From Octopus sinensis (lineage: Eukaryota), in assembly GCF_006345805.1 (NCBI RefSeq), contig NC_043009.1, forward strand, positions 20,832,001-20,896,000: a stretch of DNA of 64,000 nucleotides, read 5' to 3'. Shown here in pieces: positions 12,335 through 24,439 of the stretch. The position numbers and the translations under genes were made by a program. Below the pieces are notes generated by a model. That model ran no database searches and was not told the DNA's origin. It worked only from the letters and a program-made list of their open reading frames with translations. How positions within the stretch are numbered: position 1 is the stretch's first letter; each line of letters starts with the position of its first letter.

Positions 12335-13590
12335 CTATTCAGAAGTCCTGGGGCGATGGGAAGGTGGTGAAGCATGCAGACCTGACGGGTTGGAAGTATG
12401 TAGTCAGCGACCTGCATGTAGGCAGCCCATGCTAGATATAAAATCGTCTCCTTGTCGCCCAAGACACCGGTAGGATTCGGTTGCTGCATGGGTGTCTGAG
12501 CAGCTCCATTTGGAGAGGGCACTGCTCACCCGGAGACCGGGGAGGTTCTAGAAAAGGTGAACCAAAAATTGCCTGTCTTTCCATATCTGGTCAGTTTAGC
12601 GCTACTGACGGATGTCCACCCTGTGCTCGAAAAACAAAGAGTCTTTTATCTATAAAATCTGGACGAAACTTAAACATTTCATGTTGGAATGTGCTCACTC
12701 TGTTGGACAACAAGAGTGATTGCAGGCCTGAAAGACGACCTGCACTTGTTGCTCGTGAGCTGAACCGTTATAAAATTGATATAGCTGCACTCTCAGAGAC
12801 TCGTATAGAAGGTGATGGTCAGCTTGAGGAAGTAGGAGGTGTATACACCTTTTTTTGGAAAGGAAGGCAGAAGGGGGGAACGCAGAGAGGCTGGTGTTGG
12901 TTTTGCAGTCCAATCTGATATCCTGAAGAAGTTGGAAGAGCTCCTTGTTCCTATAAATGAACGTATAATGACGCTACGGTTGCACTTGAAAGGTAAGCAG
13001 GTTTGCTACTCTAATAAGTGCCTATGCACCTACTTTGAATAGCTGTGATGAAGATAAAACAATCTTTTATACCCAGCTGAGAGCCATACTTAGAAAAATC
13101 CCCAATTCTGATAAAGTCATTCTACTGGGGGATTTTAATACCAGGGTTGGAACAGACTGGCAAACATGGAACTCTCTTGGATGTTTTGGAGTAAGGAAAA
13201 TGAATAGCAATGGTCTCATGCTACTGGAGCTTTGCGAAGAACATGGACTTTACATTGCAAGCACTCATTTTGTGCACAAAGGTGATCACACAACAACATG
13301 GATGCATCCAAGGTCCAAAGTTTGGCACTTGCTGGATTATGTCATCATCCGCAAGCACCACATTTATGACATTTGTAATGTCAAGTCCTTGCATGGATCA
13401 GAATGCAGGACAGACCACAGTCTGGTGCGAGCAAAGTTCCGGATGGCGATTAGGACGAAAGATAGAAGAGGATCAGTCAGCATTCCTTGCCGTCTAAATG
13501 TCCACAAGGTATGTGATGTTGTGGTTAGGAAAGAGCTTCAATGAAACTGCTGCAGCATGGGAAGATTTTCGAGTCCAGGTTGCTCAATGT
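12335..13590 (+). mobile_element. RTE (BovB-like) LINE 5' portion with AP endonuclease, frameshifted and cut by an LTR
   Basis: CWNVLTLLD..ARELNRYKIDIAALSETR..YTFFWKG; ILLGDFN; TWMHPRSKVWHLLDYVI; TDHSLV. Confidence 0.85.
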
Positions 13591-13817
13591 TGTTATGCAT
13601 TGTTTGGTTCTTGATGGGCTGATAGACAACTCAATGAAGGCATTGTTATTGTTTTACGTGTTTATTCACTTGTTACACGAACTGTCAACATTCAGCGTAG
13701 TAATACATATATACTTTAGACACAGTTCGTACTGTTTACTAATAAAATAGTGCCAAAAGTGGGGATGTATTCTACACACGTATACCTACGTATACACATA
13801 GATATGAATGTGTAACA
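13591..13817 (-). repeat. 3' LTR of the Gypsy element
   Basis: Homologous to 18746-18974; preceded on the minus strand by polypurine tract AAGAAGAAGGGA (13829-13818). Confidence 0.9.
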
Positions 13818-14154
13818 TCCCTTCTTCTTGAAAAAAATAAAGGGGTCTTTTGGCAGTGAAGACAAATATAAGTAGTCTCCCTTACTCTAATGGATAGTCA
13901 GTGCAAGGTGGCAATCCTGCAGCAGAAACCGTGAGATTATTCTACCTGCTCACGTGGTTTTCTGCTTTGTAATCTAGCAGAATTAGTTATTTATCTTTTT
14001 GTTTTCTTTTTTTTTTTCTTTAATGGTATCGAACCGGTGGCAGAATGTTCTTTCTCCATCTGGTGGATCTTGTGCTTTGCACCGGTGTCTGAGGTGTGTT
14101 GTTGGGCTGCTGATGGGTGGTTGGTGCCCGTTGGGGTGATGATTCTGTGGGTGT

Positions 14155-15560
14155 TTCCTGAAGTCATGGGAGCTGTGCTGTGCTGTTTTCTTACTTTGTA
14201 AATATGTCCACGGGTGTTAGATGGGTGGAGTTTGAAAAGGTGCTCAGAGTTATTGTTTGTACGATGGTTGATAATTTTATGGGTGTCTGCCAAGTCAGCT
14301 GCCAGACGTCGGAGTTTCAATGTGTCCATGCCCAGGGAAGTAAGGCGTTCAGGATATGGCAAATGCCTGATGGAGGGTATTCTTTTGGTTGCACGTCACT
14401 GAACAGCTTCCAGACGATTGATATCCTGGGCAAAATAGGGGTTCCAGACCGGTGATGCAAATTCCAGGTGAGGTCTTACCATAGCTATATAAAGCCGCAG
14501 ATAGATAGCCGGAGAGCGGCTTACAAAGGATTTGGTGAGTGATGCCAAGACACCCTCAGCCTTCTTGACAATTTTAGCGATGTGTTTTGTCCAACATAAA
14601 TCACTGTCGACAATAACACCCAGGTCACGTTCACATGAAGACTTTTTGAGACTAGTGTTGTGGAGGGAGTAGGTGGACGCTGGGTTTCTCCTCCCAAAAT
14701 GCATGGTGGTACATTTGTCCACAGCCAGCTTGAGTTGCCAGTCCATGATCCACTGCTGCATTGTGTCCAGGTCTGCTTGCAATAGAGATCTATAGTGTAC
14801 AGGATTTGACCTCTTTATTTTGAGGTACAGCTTGATGTCATCTGCATATTTCAGCACTGTGGCATTCTTTAAGTTGGCATCTATGTCATTAACATATGCA
14901 ACAAATAAAAGGGGGCCAAGAACAGATCCTGTGGTACACCAGATGTCATCTCATAGGGCGAAGAGTGCTGTCCTAGAACTGTGACAACCTCTTTTCGGCT
15001 GAAAATAAAGGACTTCAACCAGTTATAGAGTTCATCTCTTACACCAAACGCAGAAAGCTTCACCATAAGTCTTTTGTGTGGCACAGAGTTAAAAGCCTTA
15101 GCAAAGTCCAGGTAAACAACATCCACCCAGGATCCGCGATCAGTGATTTGGGTAAAGTCCTCAAGAAACTCGATGAGTTGATTACAGCAGCTGGAGTTAG
15201 GAATAAATCCGAATTGTGACGGCTGGATGAGGCTGTGAGACCTCCAGAAGTTCCAGAGGGTTTCTCTGATACAGGATTCCATCAGTTTGGTGATGCAGCT
15301 AGTAAGACTGACGGGGCGATAGTTGACAGGCGATGTGCGGTCGCCTTTTTTGAACAGAGGGATGACGCTGGCAGTTTTCCACTGTTCTGGAGTAACACCA
15401 TTGTCAAGACAGAATTGGAAGAATAGAGAAAGTTGGCTTAGAAGAAAGTACCCACCGCGTTTGAGAAGTAGGTATGTAACACCATTGAGACCAGGAGAGG
15501 CATAATTGCGTTTATTCTTAAGGTGGCGTTGCAGCATTGCTGGTGTAAATTGCATAGTAG
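14155..15560 (-). mobile_element. Internal RT fragment of CR1-like LINE family A inside the Gypsy pol
   Basis: SPGLNG, NYRPVSLTS, YLDFAKAFNSVPH, YADD and VRPHLEFASPVW motifs; aligns with 34350-36900; truncated at both ends. Confidence 0.9.
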
Positions 15561-17758
15561 ATGTAGAAACTGTCTTTTCTGTCTTTGTACATGCCTACCC
15601 AATATACTGCTGACTTGGCTCAGAGCTTGTATTTCTCCATTCCTAGATGCCCTTGGTGGATCTTGTCAAGAATCTCTTTTTGCATTGACTTGGGTATAAT
15701 TATTCAGGATCCAGCCATCAGAATTCCATTCTCCACTGATATATCATCATGGATGGCCCAATATTCACGAATGAGGGGCTGCACCTGATGTCTCTTTTCT
15801 GGCCACCCCTGAATCACCATCTGAATAAGGAGCTGGAGTTCATCTTTGCCGGTCTCCTCTTTGATTTCTGCTAGCTTTGTGGTTGTCACATTTACAATGT
15901 GGTGGACCTTTATGCGTATTCCTTCCATCTCCTGTTTATCATGTGATGATAGTCTGGAAAGAGCATCCGCCAATATCAGGTCTTTTCCTGGCTTGTACCT
16001 AATATCGCAGTCGTATGTTTGAAGCCTTAACAGTAATCTTTGCAGTCTGGCTGGTGCTTTCATGAGGTTTTTTCTATGTATTTGTTCTAGCGGGCGATGG
16101 TCTGTTTCAATATTGAAATGTCTGCGATACAGGTATGTATGGAACTTTTCACATCCATATACTACTGCCAGGAGTTCCCTTTCAATATTTGCGTACCTTG
16201 TCTCTGTGGGTGAGGGAGCTTTCGAGGCATATGCAATGGGTTTACCTTCCTGTATCAGTGCTGCGCCAACTCCTCTCATAGAAGCATCGACTTGGAGGTT
16301 ACTGGTTTGCGTCTGTCATAGTATTGCAGAGTTGTCTCCTTACTGATGAGCTTTTTGATTGCTTTGAAATCCTGTGTGTGTGAAGCACACCAATCAAACT
16401 ATACGTCATCTTTGTTTATATCTCGGAGATTTGCAGTGTGATCGGCCAGCTTGGGTATGAAGGCTCCCATGTAGTGGATGAGTCCCAGGAAGCTCCTGAG
16501 TTCCTTCTTGTCATTGGGTTCTTTAATGTCTCTGATGGCTTCCACTTTAGTGGGGTCTGGTTTAACTCCCTCTGCAGAGTATATAATTCCAAAGAATTTG
16601 CACTCCTTTGCTTTTATCACACACTTGTCTGCATTGAGTTTGATGCCTACTTGTCGGGTTTTCTCCATAGCTTCATGTAAATTCAAGTCATGTGTAGTCT
16701 CATCCTTGCCATGCACTTGGATGTCATCTGCTATTCCAATTGCTCCCTTACAGCCTTGGTAGGTCTCATCTATTTGGCGCTGGAAAACATCTTGGCTCAC
16801 CTTCAATCCAAATGGGAGTCGGTTGAATCGATATCTGCCAAATGGTGTGTTGAAGGTAGTGAGGTTGGATGACTCTTTGTCTATCTTTACATTCCAATAC
16901 CCATTACTGGCATCCAGTTTGCTGAATAATTTGAATCCAGCCAATGATGGTGTGATTTCTTCAAGGGTTGGAATTGGATGGTACTCTCTTTTTAATGCCT
17001 TGTTCAGGTCCCTTGGGCCGAGGCATATCTGTAGGGTACCATTGGGTTTTTCCTTGATTACAATTGAATTCTCCCAGTCTGTTGGTCGTGTCACTTTGGT
17101 GATTATTTCCTTTTTTTCCATTCTGTCCAACTCTGCCTTCAGCATCTCTTTTAGTTCTTAGAGGGACGCGGCGAGGTGGGTGAACAATTGGTTTGATATT
17201 GGGGTCGACTGTTATATGGTATCAACATTTCACAAAGCACCCAACTGTATCGTCAAAGCATTCATGGTACATGCTTATCAGTTCTTCTTTGTTTGTGATT
17301 GGTGGTCGGTCTTTGATAAGCATATCTCTGTCAATCCTGCTCGGAGCTGCCTTCACTTCACCATTGATTGACACAATATTAAGCCTTTTGCAGGTATTGA
17401 GTCCAAGAATTGCTGGTCCTTCTGTTCTTGTGACATAAAAAGAACACTTGATTATTTTTCATTTGTATTTCCCTGTGATTGTTGTTTTGCCCAGTTGTGG
17501 AATCCTGGTACCTCTGTACGCAGTGAGGATTACATCACTTGGTGTGAGGATTCCTTCTTTGATTTTATCCACTTGTGTCATGTGTTCTGGGAACATCTTT
17601 TTGTAGAGGTTGATAGGCAAGATATCACTCTGGGCTCCAGTGTCAATCTTTAGCCTTAAGACTATGTTTATTTGTTTCCTGCCAGACTTCTTTTGTATTC
17701 GTATCGTTGTGTATGCCTCATTTTTTTTTCTGGTCGTCATTTCCCATCTCATGCACAT
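15560..17758 (-). pseudogene. Gypsy pol (protease, RT, RNase H, integrase zinc-finger start), frameshifted
   Basis: IDTGAQS (protease); FSKLDASNGYW, LPFGL and IADDI (RT); IAYASK and YANIERELLAV (RNase H); IHQGHLGMEK (integrase HHCC). Confidence 0.9.
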
Positions 17759-18713
17759 TTATTGTGCCGACTGCCAAGAATTCCTCCTCTGAGGTGTTTT
17801 GTTCTTGTTGTTGGGCATGTATATCTCTTCTTCTATTTCCGCTCCTCTTTGAAAATTGGGGCTTGTCTTTCTGGGATTTTGTTAGCCTACACATTTTTTC
17901 CCAGTGGTTGGGTTTTCCACATGCTTTGCAGTGTGTACCGAATGCAGGACATTTCTTCTGGTTATTAAACTCATGCTCTGTACCACAGTATTGGCATGTT
18001 CTTTGTTTGCAGGTATGTTTCGTCCTATGCCTAGATACAATATCTACACTGCTGCCTAGTGAGCTTGTTTGTAAGCTAAGTGAGGCCATTTGTTTGGTAG
18101 TAGCTTCGAATGCTCTTGCAGTGTCTACTGCTTCTATCAACTGGAGAGCGTCCTTACCTATGAGGGATTTCTGAACTTCTTTATGAGCACACCCCCATAT
18201 TAATTGATCAACAATTCTTTCGTCCTTATCTTTGAATTTGCATTTTTCGGCAACATTCTTTAATCTGGACAGGAAATTGTCAATCGTTTCTTGTGGGTCT
18301 TGTTTCAGGCCCTGGAATTCGTATCTGTGAATTCTATGGTTCGATCTGGGCTCTAGGTGCCTTTCAAATTTCTCTAAAAGTGTGTCTGGTTTATTGCAAT
18401 TCGATTCTGACATATCCCAGCTATTGAATAGGTCTAGGCCCTTCTCTCCCGGCCATAAAAGGATATAGCTTACCTTTTCATCGTCAGTTATACCTTTCAG
18501 GAAACATTTGAAAGCTAGTTGAGTTTTCTGTTTGAATTTCTTGAACGCTTCCACGATATCATCGGAGTCCCAGTTCATGATCGGATGTAGATTCATCTGT
18601 ACAGCGACGGAGGTCGCCATTTTGGATCGTCGTGTATGTGTGTCCGAAGACAAAGCGATGTTTTGTTTGTTAAATTTCTGGTTCGTTGTGTTTCTGTTTT
18701 GTTGTAAAGGCAC
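17718..18713 (-). CDS. Gypsy Gag, apparently intact (331 aa ORF)
   Basis: Mag-type double knuckle CQYCGTEH..CPAFGTHCKACGKPNHWEKMC, directly downstream of the PBS. Confidence 0.85.
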   Translation of the reverse strand: MPLQQNRNTTNQKFNKQNIALSSDTHTRRSKMATSVAVQMNLHPIMNWDSDDIVEAFKKFKQKTQLAFKCFLKGITDDEKVSYILLWPGEKGLDLFNSWDMSESNCNKPDTLLEKFERHLEPRSNHRIHRYEFQGLKQDPQETIDNFLSRLKNVAEKCKFKDKDERIVDQLIWGCAHKEVQKSLIGKDALQLIEAVDTARAFEATTKQMASLSLQTSSLGSSVDIVSRHRTKHTCKQRTCQYCGTEHEFNNQKKCPAFGTHCKACGKPNHWEKMCRLTKSQKDKPQFSKRSGNRRRDIHAQQQEQNTSEEEFLAVGTINVHEMGNDDQKKK

Positions 18714-18732
18714 AGTTTCCGATTAATTATTT

Positions 18733-18745
18733 ACCGCTGCAACCA
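18733..18745 (-). promoter_or_regulatory. Primer-binding site, probably tRNA-Leu
   Basis: TGGTTGCAGCGGT abuts the 5' LTR. It is one mismatch from the complement of the animal tRNA-Leu 3' end ACCGCUGCCACCA (recalled, not searched). Confidence 0.7.
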
Positions 18746-18970
18746 TGTTATGTGTAGTTTCGTTCTGATGGGATAGACAACTCAATATGAAGCCATTGTT
18801 ATTGTTTTACGTGTTTATTTACTTTTCATGTTACAAAGACTGTCAACATTCATCGTAGTGATACATATATACTTTAGACACAGTTCGTACTGTTACTAAC
18901 AAAATAGTGCCAAAAGTGGGGATGCATTCTACATACGTATACCTACGTATACACATAGATATGAATGGAT

Positions 18971-18974
<4 letters not shown>
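18746..18974 (-). repeat. 5' LTR of the Gypsy element
   Basis: TGTTA..TAACA termini; homologous to 13591-13817; adjacent PBS. Confidence 0.9.
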
Positions 18975-19021
<47 letters not shown>

Positions 19022-19034
19022 TATATATACATAT

Positions 19035-19830
19035 GATGATCCTTCAAGAAAAGTAGAATTGCCTGTCTATATGCTCGCTGGCAGCGAGGGCCTCGGGGAC
19101 AAATGGCCTTACACTAGATAGACTTAGGAAAGACTTAATCAGCATGCTTGCCTCCATGGGCTTGAAGATCACCATAGAAACAGCGGACTTCTTAGACCTC
19201 ACGCTTGACATAGGCTCCAGTACTTACAGGCCATACCGCAAACCAAACGAGAGGCCATCGTACACAGCCTCAAGTCACCCACCTATAGCACTCAAGAACT
19301 TGGTAAAAGATTCAGTAAGAGGATTTCGAGCCTTTCCTCTAGCCAGGAACCCTTTGACGAGCAGTCCCGTACAATAATGATGCCCTAGGTGCCAGTGGGT
19401 TTAGGGACCGCATCACCTACATACCGGAACCCAACAGCCAAAGAAGGAAGCCCCACAGAAACATCATTTGGTTTGCCTCCCCTACATCCTTAATACAATA
19501 ACCTATAGGTAGACTATTCCTTAAATTAATAGATAAGCATTTCACTAGCATCCATAGGTACGGACCCATTTCCAACAGGCACAACATTAGGGTCTCATTT
19601 AGCTGCGGCCCCAATATTAAGAGCATCCTAGCTAGCACCTCTAGGACACAGGAATAGGCGGGTTGTTCATACAGGATTTGAAACAGTTGCTCGGTCGGAG
19701 GCCGCTGCAAAACCAAAGGGGTCGTATATCAAGCGCAGGTTCTAACACGATATGCCTTTAACACCGGCAGAAAGTATAACAGCTGTAGACATGAGAACAG
19801 AGCCAGTAAGACAGCCACCATTGTTACAAT
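19035..19830 (+). mobile_element. Decayed Penelope-like element (Naiad-like RT C-terminus and EN remnant)
   Basis: Across frameshifts: GLKITIET..DFLDLTLD..YRPYRKPN, SHPP, YNNDAL-like segment, RNIIWF, LIDKHF, C..VVYQA, CRHEN. Confidence 0.75.
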
Positions 19831-19871
19831 GGATGGCAACATCACTAACAACAACAATGGATAAGCATTTT

Positions 19872-20679
19872 GGATCTTTTCCTTTTGAACGGCACATGTC
19901 AACACAATTTCTAGTTAACTAAACACTTTTAAACTTCGTATACTGGTAGAATGTGTTTATAAAACATCATTTTTTTCTTGGCTTTATTGTGAAAATTCTA
20001 TAGTTTGTAAGATATTTCGTCTGAAATTTCGAGCATTTCGGCAATTTTAACCAATCACTGACCTCCATTTGGGGTGAAAACATTCCGTGCTGTATGAATA
20101 TGTCCCTCGTTTAAGAAACAAATTGGGTTTATTTACATTTGTGAAGAAAAAAAGATACCCTTCCCCCACTCTAAATCTAAAATAGATTGAAATGCAATAG
20201 ATCGATACTAGGGTTATAATTATGGGTGACAATTTCATACGACACCGCTACAGAAAATGGGATTTTTTTCTAGTGGTGTCAAATGAAAATGTCACTCATA
20301 ATTATAACCCTAGTATCGATCTATTGCATTTCAATCTATTTTAGATTTAGGGTTAGATTTAAGGTTAGAGTTAGGGTTAGGGGTGGGGGAAGGGTATCTT
20401 TTTTTCTTCGCAAATGTAAATAAACCCAATCTGTTTCTTAAACGAGGGACATATTCATACAGCACGGAATGTTTTCACCCCAAATGGAGGTCAACGATTG
20501 GTTAAAATTGCCGAAATGCTCGAAATTTCAGACGAAATATCTTACAAACTATAGAATTTTCTCAATAAAGCCAAGAAAAAATGATGTTTTATAAACACCT
20601 TCTACCAGTATACGAAGTTTTAAAGTGTTTAGTTAACTAGAAATTGTGTTGACATGTGCCGTTCAAAAGGAAAAGATCC
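19872..20679. mobile_element. Non-autonomous DNA transposon (MITE) with ~370-bp TIRs
   Basis: GGATCTTTTCC..GGAAAAGATCC termini, near-identical long arms, 8-bp TSD AGCATTTT (19864-19871 and 20680-20687). Confidence 0.92.
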
Positions 20680-20884
20680 AGCATTTTTTTTAACTCGACA
20701 ACCATCGTGTTGGTATTAACACGGGATGAGCAGAGTAAATAGGGCAGCCTCTTTAATGTCTGTAATCGAAAGGACGAATACGTTATGTTTAAGGAACCCC
20801 CTTTTACGTCACTATGTGCGCACGTGCGGGTGTGTATGTATGTATGTATGTATGTATGTATGTATGTATGTATGTGTGTATGTG

Positions 20885-20933
<49 letters not shown>

Positions 20934-21356
20934 TCAAAAATTCCTTCATAGAATTCACGCAGCGAAAAGGAAAACAATTACAAATTTCACTGGGAAATTT
21001 AATAGCTTAATTGTTTAACAAACATATTGGACGGACATAAGTAACAGACACCATGAAGAGATTTTATGCGACCAAACATATTGAACCATTGGATCAGTTA
21101 TTCAAACCGATGAGGAAGACGGCACAATATAATTGAAAGAGACGGTAGTTATCTACAATGGAAGAAGATACCACGTGTAAGGTGAGGGTAAAAGAAAACC
21201 ACGACTGACGTTGAACGACAGTAAGTACATCCAAAATTTATAAAGCAGCAACATACATAGATACTTGTAGCACACATATATATACGTGCAGAGTGAAAAT
21301 AAATCACACTATTTAATGTGACAGACTACACTGCAAAAAATCAAAAAATTCACTGA

Positions 21357-21640
21357 TTGGGGAGGGGGCTCGGAAAATACCCACGATCAAACGTAGAGGA
21401 TCCGAGCAATAAACCTCAACGCCCGGTCGCAGGAGCGCAACAGAAACCGTCTAAATACTTCTCATGCAATGTGTATACAACAAATATCGAGAAAAAAATG
21501 CGCGCTGACAAACGGGGGCTCGGAAAATACCCACGATCAACCGTAGAGGATCCGAGCAATAAACCTCAACGCCCGGTCGCAGGAGCGCAACAGAAACCGT
21601 CTAAATACTTCTCATGCAATGTGTATACAACAAATATTGT
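21357..21640 (+). repeat. ~162-bp GC-rich tandem unit, about 1.8 copies
   Basis: GGCTCGGAAAATACCCACGATCAA..CAACAAATAT occurs twice; an inverted copy lies at 29955-30200. Confidence 0.9.
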
Positions 21641-21835
21641 TGGGTGGACAAACACACACACACATATATATACATATATACGACGGGCTTCTTAAAGGTT
21701 CCGTCTACCAAACCCACTCACAAGGCTTTTGCTGGCTCGAGGCTATAGTAGAAGACACTTGACCAAAGTACCACGCAGTGGGACTGAACCCGGAACCATG
21801 TGGTTGGTGAGGAAGCTACTTACCACACAGCCATC
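21641..21835 (-). mobile_element. SINE family 1, 5' half
   Basis: Reverse complement GGCTGTGTGGTAAGTAGC..GGTTCAGTCCCACTGCGTGG..CCCGTCG then TA/TG tract. Confidence 0.8.
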
Positions 21836-21972
21836 CACTCTTTCTCGAACACATCTCTTCTAAACCCTGCCAACGCTGTTTCCCCGAACACACTTCTCGA
21901 CAAAGCTCATATTTTTTTGTAACTTTCAAATAAAATAATTAAAAAAAAACCTTAATTTCATATTGATGTGGG

Positions 21973-23894
21973 GGTTAATATAGGGCGTAACAAATATCAG
22001 AAAATCAAAAAAAAAATGTGTGTAATAGGTGTAAAACAACTTCCTATGAACGAATATGAAAAAAAAAATTCGCGCACGCCAAAGGGGGGTGGGGGAGAGG
22101 CCTCGGAAAATTCACATCGGGAAGTTCCGAAAGCGTCTGAGGAGCTGACCCGGGCACCAAAACAAAAAGAAAATAGTGTAATATGTGTAAAACAACTTGC
22201 TCTAAACGAATATGACAAAAAAAAATGCGCTCTCGAGAAAGAGGGGTGGGGGAGAGGCCTCGGAATATTTATATCGGGAATTTCCGAAAGCATCTGAACC
22301 GGGCACAAAAACAAAAACAAAAACAGCGTAATAGGTGTAAAACAACTTGCTCTAAACGACTATCATGAAAAAAATGCGCGCTCGCGAAAGGGGGGTGGGG
22401 GAGAGGCTTCGGAAATTTCACATCTTCAGTCCACGGCCTTTAAACTAAGAAAAAATAGTGTAATTGGTGTAAAACTACTTGTTCTAAACGAGTATCAAGA
22501 ACACACACTCACACATGAATCATAAACTCCGTATTTCGCAAAAAAAAAAAATAAAGAGAAGAAATTCTGGAAAAAGTGAAGAAATGTTGGATCTCATTCC
22601 TTGGTTAAAGCTATTTTAAACATTAAATTTATGCTTTTCTTTGAAATAGTTCAGATATATGCAATTCTTCTCACTTATTAAGATGCATTTATCAGAAAAA
22701 AAGAGAAAAAAATTATTATTTTGTGTCAATCCTTCCCTAATTATCCTTTATTAATTAGTTTTGGCGTGTATTTTTTTCCCAAATTTATTTTTTCACCTTT
22801 ACAACACTGTTTAGTAAGCAATTAATTATCTTTATAATTTGCATATTTGACTTATTAATCAAAATTCTCTAGATGTAATATATACTAAGTAATGCATCCT
22901 TCATTTATGTGTTCCGTTCTGTATTATGCATGCGTGACTGTTTGTATGTAAGTGTGTTTAACTGTGCACATGAATGTGAATATTAAAGAACATATTTATT
23001 TACTATGATTGTTATTTTCAGAACAAATAAATCTTTTGGCTGTTATGTTATTGATGTTATTATTATTGCTAGTTAAAGGGTGGTGACTTGGCTGAATATT
23101 TTGAGTCTTGTAGTATGTAGTTGTGTTAGTCAATATTCTGAGTTCAAATCCAACTCATTTCTTTATCATCATTATCGATGGACCACTCAAAGAGGTATGT
23201 ATACATTATCATTTTCGTAACATAATTTCTGTAGTATTTCAAGATGTTTCTGACACGTATTTTGATTCACATGGCGGAGATCCAACATTTCTTCACTTTT
23301 TCCAGAATTTCTTCTCTTTATTTTTTTTTTTTGCGAAATACGGAGTTTATGATTCATGTGTGAGTGTGTGTTCTTGATACTCGTTTAGAACAAGTAGTTT
23401 TACACCAATTACACTATTTTTTCTTAGTTTAAAGGCCGTGGACTGAAGATGTGAAATTTCCGAAGCCTCTCCCCCACCCCCCTTTCGCGAGCGCGCATTT
23501 TTTTCATGATAGTCGTTTAGAGCAAGTTGTTTTACACCTATTACGCTGTTTTTTTTTTTTTTGTGCCCGTTCAGACGCTTTCGGAAATTCCCGATATAAA
23601 TATTCCGAGGCCTCTCCCCCCCCCCTCTTTTCGAGAGCGCATTTTTTTTTGTCATATTCGTTTAGAGCAAGTTGTTTTACACATATTACACTATTTTTTT
23701 TTTGTTTTGGTGCCCGGGTCAGCCCCTCAGACGCTTTCGGAACTTCCCGATGTGAATTTTCCGAGGCCTCTCCCCCACCCCCCTTTGGCGTGCGCGAATT
23801 TTTTTTTTCATATTCGTTCATAGGAAGTTGTTTTACACCTATTACACACATTTTTTTTTTGATTTTCTGATATTTGTTACGCCCTATATTAACC
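21973..23894. mobile_element. Foldback-like inverted repeat: two ~620-bp arms built of ~150-bp subrepeats
   Basis: Arms 21973-22594 and 23278-23894 are near-identical reverse complements starting GGTTAATATAGGGCG; 683-bp AT-rich spacer; no TSD. Confidence 0.85.
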
Positions 23895-24028
23895 GAAAAT
23901 ACTCCGAAAGAAATATTTGCAGAAAGGTGAGTAGATTCATTACACAATTCATTTCATTGTGTTACTGCAGTTTAGTGAGATTTGGCTGTTATTTCTAGCA
24001 TGAAAATAGCCGGCTTGAGGGGGATATA

Positions 24029-24420
24029 TCTTCTCTATATATAAAACTGAAATGCGTTTTTACCGCTTGGATCGCTTTCAATGCCACTACATCCCGTCCG
24101 ATTCGCTCCAAAATTTACAGGGACTTGTAGAATGAGATGACGATGCTCGTGGGCTACCTTAGAAATCCCTATCTTAAAAGGTGTGGTTGCTAGGGGCCAT
24201 CTTCCTCACTCACCCTATTTCCTCCTTTCCCTCTCTTACTCCCCTTCATAACTTTCAGAAGTCCACTACCGTTATTTAAAGTATCTGTCACTATCGCTAT
24301 TTCCTTTCTTTTTCACTGACTCTGTTTCCTACCTTCCTATCACTTCGGCGACGTTCTTTTAAGTATATGTTTGTCACCAACAAACAACACACGAGCATGA
24401 GAACAAATATTATGAATCAG
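24029..24420 (+). mobile_element. Probable Helitron 5' fragment
   Basis: A|TCTTCTCTATATATAAAACTG start resembles the 5' ends of the Helitrons at 25311 and 26673; no 3' CTAG end found. Confidence 0.5.
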
Positions 24421-24439
24421 ATATTCTTGTGTTCATTTA

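Larger units (their letters stand above)
13591..18974 (-). mobile_element. Gypsy (Mag-type) LTR retrotransposon, defective
   Basis: Two direct LTRs (TGTTA..TAACA), PBS, PPT, and gag-PR-RT-RNaseH-integrase zinc finger in Gypsy domain order. Confidence 0.93.

Noticed and set aside
19670-19690. TGA as selenocysteine in the Naiad-like Cys motif
   Set aside because: The stop aligns to a non-Cys (K/R) position in a heavily decayed copy, and no SECIS is evident.
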